Below, piece by piece: positions 1 to 9,822 of a stretch of DNA of 64,000 bases. The stretch is from Bacteroidia bacterium (lineage in GTDB: Bacteria; Bacteroidota; Bacteroidia; B-17B0; Aurantibacillaceae), in the NCBI GenBank assembly GCA_044360115.1, contig JBIKKW010000001.1:6123-70122 (forward strand). Direction: 5' to 3'. The position numbers were made by a program, and so were the translations under genes. Positions within the stretch are counted from its first letter, which is position 1. Every line of letters starts with the position of its first letter. The notes below the pieces were generated by a model. That model ran no database searches. It was not told the origin of the DNA and saw nothing but the letters and a program-made list of their open reading frames with translations.

Positions 1-1131
1 AGTAAGCTCCTGCGAATAGCGCGAATTTAAAACACTTAACTTTGCATTCTTAACACCGGTATGAGTTTGCAAGCCATTAAATAATGGTACCGAAATTGTA
101 AAACCAAAACTTTTATTCACGTTATCTTTAAACTGATCGGCAAATGGTTTTGTTTCGGTTATAAATTCTGTTCGAGGCGATAACACAAATTGACCGCCGG
201 TTGTAATGGCAGTTGTATCATACCCAACAATATTAAATCCTTTGATGTCTTTTGCCAAACCTGATGTTCCTGTTCCAAGCGACCCGTTCAGGCTGATGGT
301 TGGACTTCTGCGACCTCTGGCTGAAGCCAGTGCTTTTTCTGAACTTAAAAAAGCGTATTCAGAAGCTTTAATGTTTGGCTGGTTCTTTAAAGCCGTTTCA
401 TAAATACTTTGTACACTCATATTTAATATTGGCTGGCCTTCCACATCTAACGCCGGTTTAACTATGTTGAACGTATTCAAACTATCTAAATTCATTAATT
501 GTTTTAAACTTAATAAGGCCAATTGATAATTGTTTTCTGCATTAGTTACATTAACTTGTTCGTTGGCCAATTGCGCCTCAATATCATACTGCACACTCTT
601 GGCAAGTGATCCTGCATCAACTAATTTTTGTGTGCGCTCTAATTGTTCTTTTGTAATATTGAATTGGTTTTTTGCAATAATGGTTAATTCATCGGTAAAG
701 ATCACATTCAAGTATAAATTAACTAAGTTCAAAGTAAGATCATTCTCCAATTGCTTCATGTTCTCTTTGCTACTCAGGTAATTGTACTCGTTTGCTTTAA
801 TATTGTTGTATTGCGCCAATCCGCTAAACAAAACCACATTACTGCTCATGAAAAAGTTTTGTGATAAAACCTGCTGATTCGCAAAGGTATTTGTAAAACG
901 GTCAATGGTTTTACCAAAGTTATACGTGTGCGCCGCACCTAAATTTAAAGTTGGCAAAACACCCGCCTTTGTTTGATCGTAATTGTTTTTGTTGATCTCG
1001 TTTGATATTTGCGATTGCTTTAACTGTATGTTGTGTTTTACCGCATAATCAATACATGATTTGAGGTCCCAATTATTTTGAGCAGACACTGATCCAATTA
1101 AGGCAATGAACAATATAAGGTGTTTGAACAT
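1..1131 (-). CDS. TolC-family outer membrane efflux protein (3' end runs off the window start)
   Basis: Not in the ORF track. Manual minus-strand translation from ATG at 1131 gives MFKHLILFIALIGSVSAQNNWDLKSCIDYAVKHNIQLKQ...LPTLNLGAAHTYNFG...ISVPLFNGLQT, a signal peptide plus outer-membrane efflux (OEP) repeat motifs. The frame is open to position 1. Confidence 0.9.
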   Translation of the reverse strand, partial: MFKHLILFIALIGSVSAQNNWDLKSCIDYAVKHNIQLKQSQISNEINKNNYDQTKAGVLPTLNLGAAHTYNFGKTIDRFTNTFANQQVLSQNFFMSSNVVLFSGLAQYNNIKANEYNYLSSKENMKQLENDLTLNLVNLYLNVIFTDELTIIAKNQFNITKEQLERTQKLVDAGSLAKSVQYDIEAQLANEQVNVTNAENNYQLALLSLKQLMNLDSLNTFNIVKPALDVEGQPILNMSVQSIYETALKNQPNIKASEYAFLSSEKALASARGRRSPTISLNGSLGTGTSGLAKDIKGFNIVGYDTTAITTGGQFVLSPRTEFITETKPFADQFKDNVNKSFGFTISVPLFNGLQTHTGVKNAKLSVLNSRYSQELT

Positions 1132-1297
1132 ACCTGCTAAATTAAGTAAGTTTAAGCTTTTTAAAAAGAAAATTACATGAAAGGTAGTATGGGCGGTTAT
1201 TTGCAAGAATATACATGTGGTCAGTTTTTTAAGCTTTAAATGACTGGCAATAGGTTTTTTTTCGTATTTTAATGGCTATCTTTACGTTTTTACGAAT

Positions 1298-2239
1298 ATG
1301 CTGGAAATTATTGAAAAAGTAAGCAGAGAGGCCCTGTTGGATGAATTGAATAAAGAGCGATTTGTGCGCAAGACCAATAATGGCAATAATGAAATTTACA
1401 TTATTAACCATCACAATTCACCAAATGTGATGCGCGAGATCGGTCGTTTACGAGAGGTTACCTTTAGGCATGCAGGCGGAGGAACCGGTAAAGAAATAGA
1501 TATTGATGAGTATGATCTAACAACACATCCATACCAACAACTATTGGTTTGGAATCCGGCCGATAAAGAAATTGTTGGCGCTTACCGTTTTATTTTATGT
1601 CGTGATGCTGAATATATTGATGGTAAGGTTCATTTAGCAACAACCGAATTATTTGATTTTCATGAATCGTTTTATAAAAATTACTTGCCTTATACCATTG
1701 AATTAGGTCGTTCGTTTATTCAACCCATGTATCAGCCAAGTGAACAATTTCGTAAGGGATTATTTAGCTTGGATAATTTATGGGATGGGCTTGGCGCCAT
1801 TGTGGTCGACAATCCTTCGCAAAAACATTTTTACGGTAAAGTAACCATGTATACCGATTTTAATGTGGAAGCGCGCGATCATATCCTTTCATTTATGAAA
1901 CATTATTTTCCTGATACTGAAAATTTGGTTACTCCTATTCATAGTGTAAATATCAAAACGGATGTGAGTGATTTTTTAAAGGAGTTAAGTGCTTTACCTT
2001 ATAAAGAAGGGCATACTGTGCTGAACAAAAAAGTTCGTGCACTTGGCGAAAATATTCCGCCATTGGTTAATGCCTATATGAATTTGAGTCCAACCATGAA
2101 AAGCTTTGGAACCGCTATTAATCCAACGTTTGGCGGAGTTGAAGAAACCGGTATCTTGGTCACTATTTCAGATATTTACGAAAGTAAAAAAGAACGTCAT
2201 GTGAATACCTATATTGAAGAAAAGAAAGCCAGATCATGA
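1298..2239 (+). CDS. GNAT-family N-acyltransferase, GlsB/OlsB-like (amino-acid lipid synthesis)
   Basis: NVMREIGRLREVTFRHAGGGTGKEIDIDEYD...QLLVWNP...IELGRSF resembles the Bacteroides glycine-lipid N-acyltransferase family (recognised from memory). Confidence 0.75.
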   Translation: MLEIIEKVSREALLDELNKERFVRKTNNGNNEIYIINHHNSPNVMREIGRLREVTFRHAGGGTGKEIDIDEYDLTTHPYQQLLVWNPADKEIVGAYRFILCRDAEYIDGKVHLATTELFDFHESFYKNYLPYTIELGRSFIQPMYQPSEQFRKGLFSLDNLWDGLGAIVVDNPSQKHFYGKVTMYTDFNVEARDHILSFMKHYFPDTENLVTPIHSVNIKTDVSDFLKELSALPYKEGHTVLNKKVRALGENIPPLVNAYMNLSPTMKSFGTAINPTFGGVEETGILVTISDIYESKKERHVNTYIEEKKARS

Positions 2240-2826
2240 TCGTTAGAAAAGCAACATTTTATAAAAGCGCATCCAAATTAAGCGAATGTGTAAAATCACC
2301 ATTACCTGAGTTTGCATTTATTGGCCGTAGTAATGTTGGAAAATCATCGTTAATTAATATGTTGTGCAATAACAACAAACTAGCAAAAACATCCGCTTCT
2401 CCAGGTAAAACCAAATTGATCAACCATTTTTTGATCAATGAAAATTGGTATATCGTTGATCTTCCCGGATATGGTTACGCGAAAACTTCAAAGGTTCAAA
2501 AAGCGGAGTTTGAAACCATTATTATTGATTATTGCAGTAAACGGGATAATTTAGTTTGTTTGTTTGTGTTGATAGATAGCCGTTTGCCGCTGCAACAGAT
2601 AGATGCGGAGTTTTTACAATGGTGTGGTGAAAAAGGCATTCCGTTCAGTATCATTTATACAAAGGCCGATAAGAATTCGAAAACCGAATTAAAAAAGAAC
2701 ATTGCAAAAATTGAAGAAAAGCTTCTTCTGATCTTTAGCGAACTCCCAAATTGTTTTATCTCCTCATCTGAAAAGAGCTTAGGGAAAGAAGAAGTACTCA
2801 ACTTTATAGGAGATTATGTAAAGTGA
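2236..2826 (+). CDS. engB: Ribosome biogenesis GTP-binding protein YihA/YsxC
   Basis: G1 GRSNVGKSS, G3 DLPGYGYA, G4 TKADK; ATGA overlap with the upstream gene. Confidence 0.97.
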   Translation: MIVRKATFYKSASKLSECVKSPLPEFAFIGRSNVGKSSLINMLCNNNKLAKTSASPGKTKLINHFLINENWYIVDLPGYGYAKTSKVQKAEFETIIIDYCSKRDNLVCLFVLIDSRLPLQQIDAEFLQWCGEKGIPFSIIYTKADKNSKTELKKNIAKIEEKLLLIFSELPNCFISSSEKSLGKEEVLNFIGDYVK

Positions 2827-3152
2827 AAAGCGAGTGGCAAATATTACAAGATAAACTCAAAGAACGATTTGGCGGAGAGATGGATATTGATGCCATTATC
2901 TTTGTGATTGGTTTACAGGAATTAGGCAAACCCTTTCAAAAATACAAGAAGGATGATAAACTAGCCATTATGCATGTGGCCATTTGCACCTTACTTGAGC
3001 CTTATAAATTTTATACGTTTGAAGGCCGCGATAAGGAAGGCTGGCCTCACTGGTCGTTAAACGAAGAATTACCACACTTAGAAGCAAAACAGCAAAACCG
3101 TTTAATGGTGGATGCCATTATCGATTATTTTAAACGTGAAGGTTTTATTTAA
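2823..3152 (+). CDS. Conserved hypothetical protein
   Basis: 109-aa ORF overlapping the engB stop (GTGA), with normal codon usage. Confidence 0.8.
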   Translation: MKSEWQILQDKLKERFGGEMDIDAIIFVIGLQELGKPFQKYKKDDKLAIMHVAICTLLEPYKFYTFEGRDKEGWPHWSLNEELPHLEAKQQNRLMVDAIIDYFKREGFI

Positions 3153-5037
3153 CAAGTAACGCACTATCTAAGTAATTTTTATTGTACTTCTTAATTGAAA
3201 ATCTAACATCATCAAAAAAGATTGTAGTGGATGTGTCAGGATTCCAAACAAAAAAGTTTACGTTTGAAGTATCGCATTTATTAGTAACAGTAAACACATA
3301 ATTCATATAGCCCCAACCAACGCTGTCGCGATAATGAATGGTTTTGTTGGATAAAAAATATGGCTCACAGTTTGAACCGGTACCGGTAACCACAAAACCA
3401 CCGGTGTTTCCCTTTTGCCAGCCCGAGATCTCTACAAGATCGCCATAGCCTAGGTTTTTAAAGTTATAGATCATATTATACTGTATCCACTTATTCAAGA
3501 AGGCTGCATATTTACCGCTTTTTGAAACGGTATCTGTGCGGTGCTTCCCGGCATCAATACTTATACTATCATTTGTTGTAACATAATAATTCTTTTCATT
3601 TATAGTTTCAGCATCACAAAAGAACTCTATTTTTCTGTCGTATGATTCAACAAAAAAACGCTCGTTAACTGCCTTAACTGAAAAATGGTGTAATACAAAT
3701 ACCAAAACTATCATCGTGCCTGCGGGAATATACTTGATCTTATTGTATCGGTTTACCAAAATAAAAAACAATAGTGGTAAAATAGGAATTAGGTATCTGC
3801 CTTGAACAAGATCTACAACGCCTTCGCCAACACAATCCCAGGTTAAATGTTGCGATAACAAAAGTAAAATAAACGCGCCCAATGCCGCTACAACAAAAGT
3901 GATACGCATCAAAATGGTTGGTATACGTTCGTTTCTTTCAAATAAGGCAACAAACAAAATAATAATATAAGTAAGATAGATAAGTTTTTTAGAGATAAAA
4001 ATATCCATGTTGCCAAACAAGCCTACATATCCGTTAAAATATGTGATCGGATGATCGATGATACTATGGTAGACCACATTGAGGAAATACATCTTATGAT
4101 GTACGATGTAATCTTTTTGCAGATAATAGTTAGCGCAATTTGATAAACAAATACCATCCTTAAATTTTGGATTATAATTGCTGTAAGGTGTATAATACTC
4201 CAAAACTTTATTTGACCAAAAATACGTGATGGTTAAAGCCGCCAGCAGCAATATTCCAATGCCAAAAAGGTGTTGCCATTTGTTATTGAATTGCTTTTTA
4301 GGGATAACGATCAGCAACACCACTAAACCAATATAAACCACTTTGGCAAAGGCAAGCAAAACAATAAGGCTAAATAAAAGAGCCAGGTTTAAATACGAGA
4401 CCTTCTTTTCCTGATACGCTAATTTAAAAACATACGACATAAAAAGTAATGCTATAATGTTCGTTGCTGTATCTGCACTAAATGAATTGGTGATAAAAAC
4501 ATTCATTGGCAATAACAATAAAAGCGTTGTTAACCATTTACCAAATGGCATCATTCTTATAACAAAGAACATCGCTATTAACCAAACTAAAAAGGTAAAA
4601 TACCTTGAGCCATAATATAACGTTGAAACTGTTACGTCAAATCGCTTTAATACATTAATAGCTACAACGTGGGGTAAATAAGAAACGATAGAATATAAAG
4701 CTGTGTTCGGATAATCATAAAACAAACTGTCGCGAGGCGAATATTTTATTTTTGATGACTCCTCAATTTCTTCCTTCTTTAAAACGTACTTTAAGTTTAA
4801 AGCGGCATTACTGTATGGTATTACAAATTTGCGAACGCTTTCAGGCACATAACCACCCAAACGATCGTCTTGCTTTAACGGCAACCACTGACCCTCTGCC
4901 ATTTGCAAGGCCCTATAAAAATGATTGAATTCATCGGGTGACTGAAACGGCGGCGTAACACGATTAAATTGCCATTGAAAAAATATGGCAGCTACAATAA
5001 AAAAGTACTGTGGTTTTATTTTCTGTAACAAATGCAC
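3145..5037 (-). CDS. DUF2142-like polytopic membrane protein (putative GT-C glycosyltransferase) with C-terminal soluble domain
   Basis: PPFQSPDEFNHFYRA motif, about 10 TM helices, QGRYLIP motif, then a hydrophilic beta-rich tail of about 165 aa. Confidence 0.75.
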   Translation of the reverse strand: MHLLQKIKPQYFFIVAAIFFQWQFNRVTPPFQSPDEFNHFYRALQMAEGQWLPLKQDDRLGGYVPESVRKFVIPYSNAALNLKYVLKKEEIEESSKIKYSPRDSLFYDYPNTALYSIVSYLPHVVAINVLKRFDVTVSTLYYGSRYFTFLVWLIAMFFVIRMMPFGKWLTTLLLLLPMNVFITNSFSADTATNIIALLFMSYVFKLAYQEKKVSYLNLALLFSLIVLLAFAKVVYIGLVVLLIVIPKKQFNNKWQHLFGIGILLLAALTITYFWSNKVLEYYTPYSNYNPKFKDGICLSNCANYYLQKDYIVHHKMYFLNVVYHSIIDHPITYFNGYVGLFGNMDIFISKKLIYLTYIIILFVALFERNERIPTILMRITFVVAALGAFILLLLSQHLTWDCVGEGVVDLVQGRYLIPILPLLFFILVNRYNKIKYIPAGTMIVLVFVLHHFSVKAVNERFFVESYDRKIEFFCDAETINEKNYYVTTNDSISIDAGKHRTDTVSKSGKYAAFLNKWIQYNMIYNFKNLGYGDLVEISGWQKGNTGGFVVTGTGSNCEPYFLSNKTIHYRDSVGWGYMNYVFTVTNKCDTSNVNFFVWNPDTSTTIFFDDVRFSIKKYNKNYLDSALLVK

Positions 5038-5049
5038 TTTAGCAATAAT

Positions 5050-6741
5050 TTAAAAGCGCTTATGAATGTTAAATGGTTTTTTAGGTTTTTCAATTGTTGT
5101 TAAAACCGTTCTTACTTTTGCTTCGTCTTTTAGCATTTCTATCGCTTTCGCAATTTCTTCATCTGTTCTTAAGCTAAACTCAATTCGGCCTTTTTGAAAA
5201 TAATATCTGCCAATGATCTCTTCCTCCAGGTAATGTTTAATAACCGACCTAGCTTTTGTAAGATCATCCTTCTTGTTACTGCTGATCTTGCTGTTAAGCG
5301 CATCTATTTCAGGTTTTAAAACATCGTAGGTGTTTTCCTCAATGGCTTTCTTTTTCAATTCTTCCAATTCTATTTCACTTTTTGTTTTATACGTGTAATC
5401 CTTATCCTTTATGTAGGTTAAAAAAGTCTGGTATTCTTCCTCAGTTAAAGCAAAATCTTTAGCTGAGCTTATTTCCTTTTTGCCTGCACAATAATTTGTA
5501 GCAAAATTAAAAATGTAATACTTGCTTAATAAGGCAATTAATAACGGACTTAATTTCTGACGATCTGTTTTAACATCCGGCATTACACCAGCGCCATCAT
5601 ACACAATTCTACCACCTTTTGTTTTAAATGCTGTTATTAAACTATCAGGTACTTTTTCTACTCGACCATCTTCGTTCTTATTAGAATAATCCAATGCCTG
5701 CACACATCTTCCGCTAGGGATATAATACTTTGCAACAGTTATTTTTACTTTGGCATTATAGATCAGATCTTTTGTTTGCTGAACCAATCCTTTACCGTAT
5801 GTGCGCTGACCCATTACCACTGCGCGATCAAGATCTTGCAAGGCTCCTGATACGATCTCTGAAGCAGATGCCGAATACTCATCAACCAAAACCACTAATG
5901 GTAATTGTGTATCAACCGGATTGTTCACAGATAAATAGGTTTTATCCCACTCTGCTACTTTACCTTTTGTAAAAACAACCTCAACGCCTTTTTCTACAAA
6001 TAAATTTACAATGTTAACGGCCTCATGCAATAAGCCTCCCGGGTTATCACGAAGATCAAGGATCAAACTTTTACATCCTTTCGCTTTTAAAGACACCAGT
6101 GCTTCTTTTACTTCGTTGCTGCAGTTTTCGGTAAAAGCCGTTAGTTTAATATAGCCCGTTTGTGATCCTTCGATAAAGCCGGAGTAAGGAACACTTTTTG
6201 ATTTTATTTCTTCGCGATTTAAATTCAACTCAACAGGTGTGGTTTGACCTACTTTTAAGATCTTTAATTTTACCGGCGTGCCAGCCTGGCCTTTCAATAA
6301 ATGTGTGATCTCTTCACTTCTTTTTCCAACCACATTAATACCGTTAACACCAACAACCTGATCGCCCGCTCTGATACCCGCTTTAAACGCGGCAAAGCCC
6401 TCGTAGGGGTCGGCAATAATTATTTTACCGTCGATATCATTTACCGTTGCACCTATCCCACCATATTCACCAGTAACCAAAAGTTTATAGTCTTCAATTT
6501 CGTTTTCGGGATAATAAATGGTGTAAGGGTCTAATGTATTTAACATGGCATCAATACCCGATTTCATTAACTGACCGGGTTTTGTTTCATCTACATAAGA
6601 AACATTGAGTTCGCGGTAAAGCGAATTAAAAATATCGAGGTTCTTGCTGATCTCAAAATAATCCTGAGTGAAGGAAATTCCACCAACACCAATCACTATT
6701 GTAAAAAAAATAATAGCAGCCTTTTTATAAAACAACTTCAT
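5050..6741 (-). CDS. S41-family carboxy-terminal processing protease (PDZ)
   Basis: LDPYT, PDZ domain (GEYGGIG), LILDLRDNPGGLL, SASASEIV, GQRTYGKGLVQ. Confidence 0.95.
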   Translation of the reverse strand: MKLFYKKAAIIFFTIVIGVGGISFTQDYFEISKNLDIFNSLYRELNVSYVDETKPGQLMKSGIDAMLNTLDPYTIYYPENEIEDYKLLVTGEYGGIGATVNDIDGKIIIADPYEGFAAFKAGIRAGDQVVGVNGINVVGKRSEEITHLLKGQAGTPVKLKILKVGQTTPVELNLNREEIKSKSVPYSGFIEGSQTGYIKLTAFTENCSNEVKEALVSLKAKGCKSLILDLRDNPGGLLHEAVNIVNLFVEKGVEVVFTKGKVAEWDKTYLSVNNPVDTQLPLVVLVDEYSASASEIVSGALQDLDRAVVMGQRTYGKGLVQQTKDLIYNAKVKITVAKYYIPSGRCVQALDYSNKNEDGRVEKVPDSLITAFKTKGGRIVYDGAGVMPDVKTDRQKLSPLLIALLSKYYIFNFATNYCAGKKEISSAKDFALTEEEYQTFLTYIKDKDYTYKTKSEIELEELKKKAIEENTYDVLKPEIDALNSKISSNKKDDLTKARSVIKHYLEEEIIGRYYFQKGRIEFSLRTDEEIAKAIEMLKDEAKVRTVLTTIEKPKKPFNIHKRF

Positions 6742-6782
6742 GTTCTGTTAAATCTTCATTAAAGTTAATGAATAATTTTTGT

Positions 6783-7175
6783 TTACCGTAAGGGTTTGAT
6801 TTTATTAACGCTTTGCTTTAGTAATGTCTGCAATGCGATCTCAATTTGCTGATACGTGGCTTCTTTATCGCCTACATATAATATTGCACAATTGGCTTTT
6901 AGTTCTTTTTCATTCAAAAGCGCGTAATAATTGTTCTTAAATAAGCGATAAGCCTCTCGCATCCGTCTTTTTAATAAATTTCGGTCGTGTGCGCGTTTGA
7001 ATTTTTTTTTAGGCACAACAAACATGGCCTTGCATGGATGTATTTGTGTACTTTGAGATGCTTTAATGATGATCTTGAGCGGTGATTGTGTTAAAGAAGA
7101 GCCCTTTAAAAACAAGCTATCAATGGCTTTTTTGCCACTTAAACGTTCTTGTTTATCAAAGGTGTTTTTCAACAA
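6783..7175 (-). CDS. rnpA: Ribonuclease P protein component
   Basis: TFDKQERL...VPKKKFKRAHDRNLLKRRMREAYR (RNR-type motif); rnpA next to an S41 protease is a typical Bacteroidota arrangement. Confidence 0.92.
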   Translation of the reverse strand: MLKNTFDKQERLSGKKAIDSLFLKGSSLTQSPLKIIIKASQSTQIHPCKAMFVVPKKKFKRAHDRNLLKRRMREAYRLFKNNYYALLNEKELKANCAILYVGDKEATYQQIEIALQTLLKQSVNKIKPLR

Positions 7176-7252
7176 TTGGTTTTTAATGTAAATATACGCT
7201 TATGCGTGTTGTTTAAATATTATTTTCTACTTTTATACAATAAAATTTATTT

Positions 7253-7408
7253 ATGGGAAAAGGTGATGTAAAAACTAAAAAGGGTAAAAGACACATTGGT
7301 TCAACCGGTGTAAAACGACCTAAGAAAAAAGTTGTTGCTAAAAGAAAAGCTGCTAAAAAAGCGGCGGCTCCAAAAAAAGCAGCTGCTAAGAAAAGCGCTA
7401 AAAAATAA
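7253..7408 (+). CDS. 30S ribosomal protein THX (bS31)-like with Lys/Ala-rich tail
   Basis: 51 aa, below the ORF-track cutoff: MGKGDVKTKKGKRHIGSTGVKRPKKKVVAKRKAAKKAAAPKKAAAKKSAKK. The MGKGD.KT..GK...G..G..RP.KK pattern matches THX. It has its own terminator. Confidence 0.85.
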   Translation: MGKGDVKTKKGKRHIGSTGVKRPKKKVVAKRKAAKKAAAPKKAAAKKSAKK

Positions 7409-7418
7409 TTTTTAGTAC

Positions 7419-7448
7419 AAAAAAGCCCCGAACAGATCGGGGCTTTTT
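7419..7448. terminator. Bidirectional intrinsic terminator
   Basis: AAAAAAGCCCCGA-ACAGA-TCGGGGCTTTTT between convergent genes. Confidence 0.9.
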
Positions 7449-7460
7449 CATTTACGTGTA

Positions 7461-7841
7461 TTATTTCTTTTCAATGTCAAAGCCATTGCGTTTCCAATCT
7501 TCAAAACCTTTGGCCAAATTAACCACCTCTTTAAACCCTTCCTTAACCATCAGGTCGCGGCAATCACCGCTTCTTCCGCCACCTGCACAATAAACCAAAT
7601 ACGTTTTTTTCTTGTCGAGTTTTTTAATTACCTCCTCAGCATTAACGGCCAAAAAATCAATCTCAACCGCGCCTTTTATCTTCCCTTTTGTTTTGATCTC
7701 ATCGGGTGTGCGCAGATCAATTAATACGCCTTTTTTAGCTTCGATCATTTTTTTGAAAGTTGCCGCATCCACATCTTGTGATTTTTGGGCTTTCATGGCT
7801 GTTACAAACCATACCAAAATAAATAATATTAGCTTTTTCAT
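7461..7841 (-). CDS. Secreted rhodanese-like domain protein
   Basis: Likely start MKKLILF at 7841; LIDLRTPDE and YLVYCAGGGRS active-site loop. Confidence 0.9.
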   Translation of the reverse strand: MKKLILFILVWFVTAMKAQKSQDVDAATFKKMIEAKKGVLIDLRTPDEIKTKGKIKGAVEIDFLAVNAEEVIKKLDKKKTYLVYCAGGGRSGDCRDLMVKEGFKEVVNLAKGFEDWKRNGFDIEKK

Positions 7842-8038
7842 TTCTATTATTTTTTTAAATGTATACTCTACTTGTAAAACACCCATATCTCCGTTAAAGT
7901 TCAAAAATTGTTTTATGTTGGGTACAAACCAACCCCTTGTCATAAAATTTACAATTAACAACTGAGCTCAAAAATAAATTTTCTTTTGTGACCCTTAACA
8001 AAAAAATTAGAAGTTTTATAAATACCTCAATATAGATG

Positions 8039-9595
8039 TTACCAGTTTTGCTGATTTTTTATGGTTTTTTCTACCGAACCATCATCATAAATTAGCAGAA
8101 TTATTCCGCTTGAATGTTCGTCAACCTCTTGCCCCAAAGTATTTACACGGCGAATTATGTTTTTTGAATTCATTTTTCCAATATCAACGGCTAATATTTT
8201 TGAATATGAATACAAACCGGTATGATCGGTTTGCTTTAAGCGGTAATACGAAACGCCATTTAAAGGTGTAGCATCTATAACGCAATAGTTAAATGGAATT
8301 GCTTTTGAACCCTGACCCATTACTTCAGAAATTGTTTCCCATTTGTTTGCATCGGCCGACCGTTCAATTGTAAAAGTGGCATTGTTCTTTTCACTTGCCG
8401 TTCGCCAATTTAAAGAAATGGTATTGCCCTGTTTTTTAGCAGTGAATTCGATTAGTTCAACAGGTAAAGCAATCATTAGGCAAGTACAAGGACTTGCCTG
8501 AATACTATAGGTGATAATTTCATCGGCACGATCGGCCGTACCTGAAACCACAATGGTGCCGGGGCCAGTTAAGGTGTAATTATCAGAAATATTGGCATTA
8601 CTTGCGCCAGTTAAAAAAGGTTTTACACCACCAAAAATATCCACTTTTAATTGGTCGCCTGAATCCATGCCTGAAGAACTGCAAGTGTAAGAGCGTGAAC
8701 GCATTTCGGCAATTACTTTGTAAACGCAACCAGAACCAGGTACTGAAATACTTGCCGACATGGCAATTTGGCCGGCAGTGCAATTTCCGGTAACAGCAGC
8801 TGAATTGGCAGCACCATAATACGCCAACAGGCAATTTGAAAGAAAGCCGCATCCGGCACCTGAAACCTGCAAAACACCATAAGGTAAAACAGTGCCTGAA
8901 ACCTTGAATATTCCATTTGAGGCATCCCACACATGGGTTGTATTATTTATCCAATTAGCATTATTTGAAATAGCTGCTAAAATAGTTGCTTTGTTACCGC
9001 TGTTAACTACGCAATTAAAATTCCATTGGTTTTTTGTTGATGACATTACAATAGCCGATGTTCCTAAAGTTAAATTTGAAGGAAGAGCGGCTCTGTCTTT
9101 ATCGGAACATGTATTTGTAGCAAATGCGCCATTGTGTTTAAACGCGTAAACAAATTGTGGGGCTGCACGTGTACCTTGCAATATGTAAACGTTATCCCCC
9201 TGGCTGTTAAAACCAAAATTGGTTCCCCAAGGGCTTCCCAGATCGGTTCTTGTAATACTGCCGCCTGAACAAAAACAAGTATTACCCGCGGCGTCATAAT
9301 CAATATAAAAAACACTGCCGGCGGCAATGGAAGTATTGCAAGTAATTTCAAGTGCAGCTTCATCATTGTTACAGGCCCAAGCAGTTCCATTCCAATTATT
9401 ATCTGTTACAATAAATTTTGTGTTACATTCCAGATCAACCAAGGTTACCAGTTTTACGGCATCGTTACCTGATTCGGTAGATGTATTCGTTTTAAAAGAA
9501 ATCACTGCAATGTCACCTGGTAACAAGACTGTTTGAGCAAATAAATTGCCTCCGTAACAAACGATTAAAGCCAATAAAAAATACAATTTTGTCAT
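8039..9595 (-). CDS. Secreted Cys-containing beta-rich protein, probable T9SS cargo
   Basis: Signal peptide; LPGDIAVISF...TDNNW domain; LPVELIEFTA...YYRLKQTDHTG Ig-like module typical of T9SS cargo; short atypical C-terminus. Confidence 0.8.
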   Translation of the reverse strand: MTKLYFLLALIVCYGGNLFAQTVLLPGDIAVISFKTNTSTESGNDAVKLVTLVDLECNTKFIVTDNNWNGTAWACNNDEAALEITCNTSIAAGSVFYIDYDAAGNTCFCSGGSITRTDLGSPWGTNFGFNSQGDNVYILQGTRAAPQFVYAFKHNGAFATNTCSDKDRAALPSNLTLGTSAIVMSSTKNQWNFNCVVNSGNKATILAAISNNANWINNTTHVWDASNGIFKVSGTVLPYGVLQVSGAGCGFLSNCLLAYYGAANSAAVTGNCTAGQIAMSASISVPGSGCVYKVIAEMRSRSYTCSSSGMDSGDQLKVDIFGGVKPFLTGASNANISDNYTLTGPGTIVVSGTADRADEIITYSIQASPCTCLMIALPVELIEFTAKKQGNTISLNWRTASEKNNATFTIERSADANKWETISEVMGQGSKAIPFNYCVIDATPLNGVSYYRLKQTDHTGLYSYSKILAVDIGKMNSKNIIRRVNTLGQEVDEHSSGIILLIYDDGSVEKTIKNQQNW

Positions 9596-9822
9596 TGTTA
9601 TATCTCTTACATTTTTTACGATCCAATTTGTTGCATCTAAAATTTTTGTTTTGAAAAATCAACGGGTAAAGGTCAAGGTTTTTAAGTTAGTTGAATATTA
9701 AATTTCAAGTAACATATTCAATTTAAGATTACTAAACCATTAAGAAAAAAAGGGGTGCTCAATAATTACTTTACTATAAAAAAATTATTGTTGTTTTTCG
9801 AAAGAGCTCAGTGTAACATAAT

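Noticed and set aside
206-781. Two + strand ORFs in the track (65 and 83 aa)
   Set aside because: Antisense shadows of the TolC gene; the same applies to the many short overlapping ORFs throughout the track.
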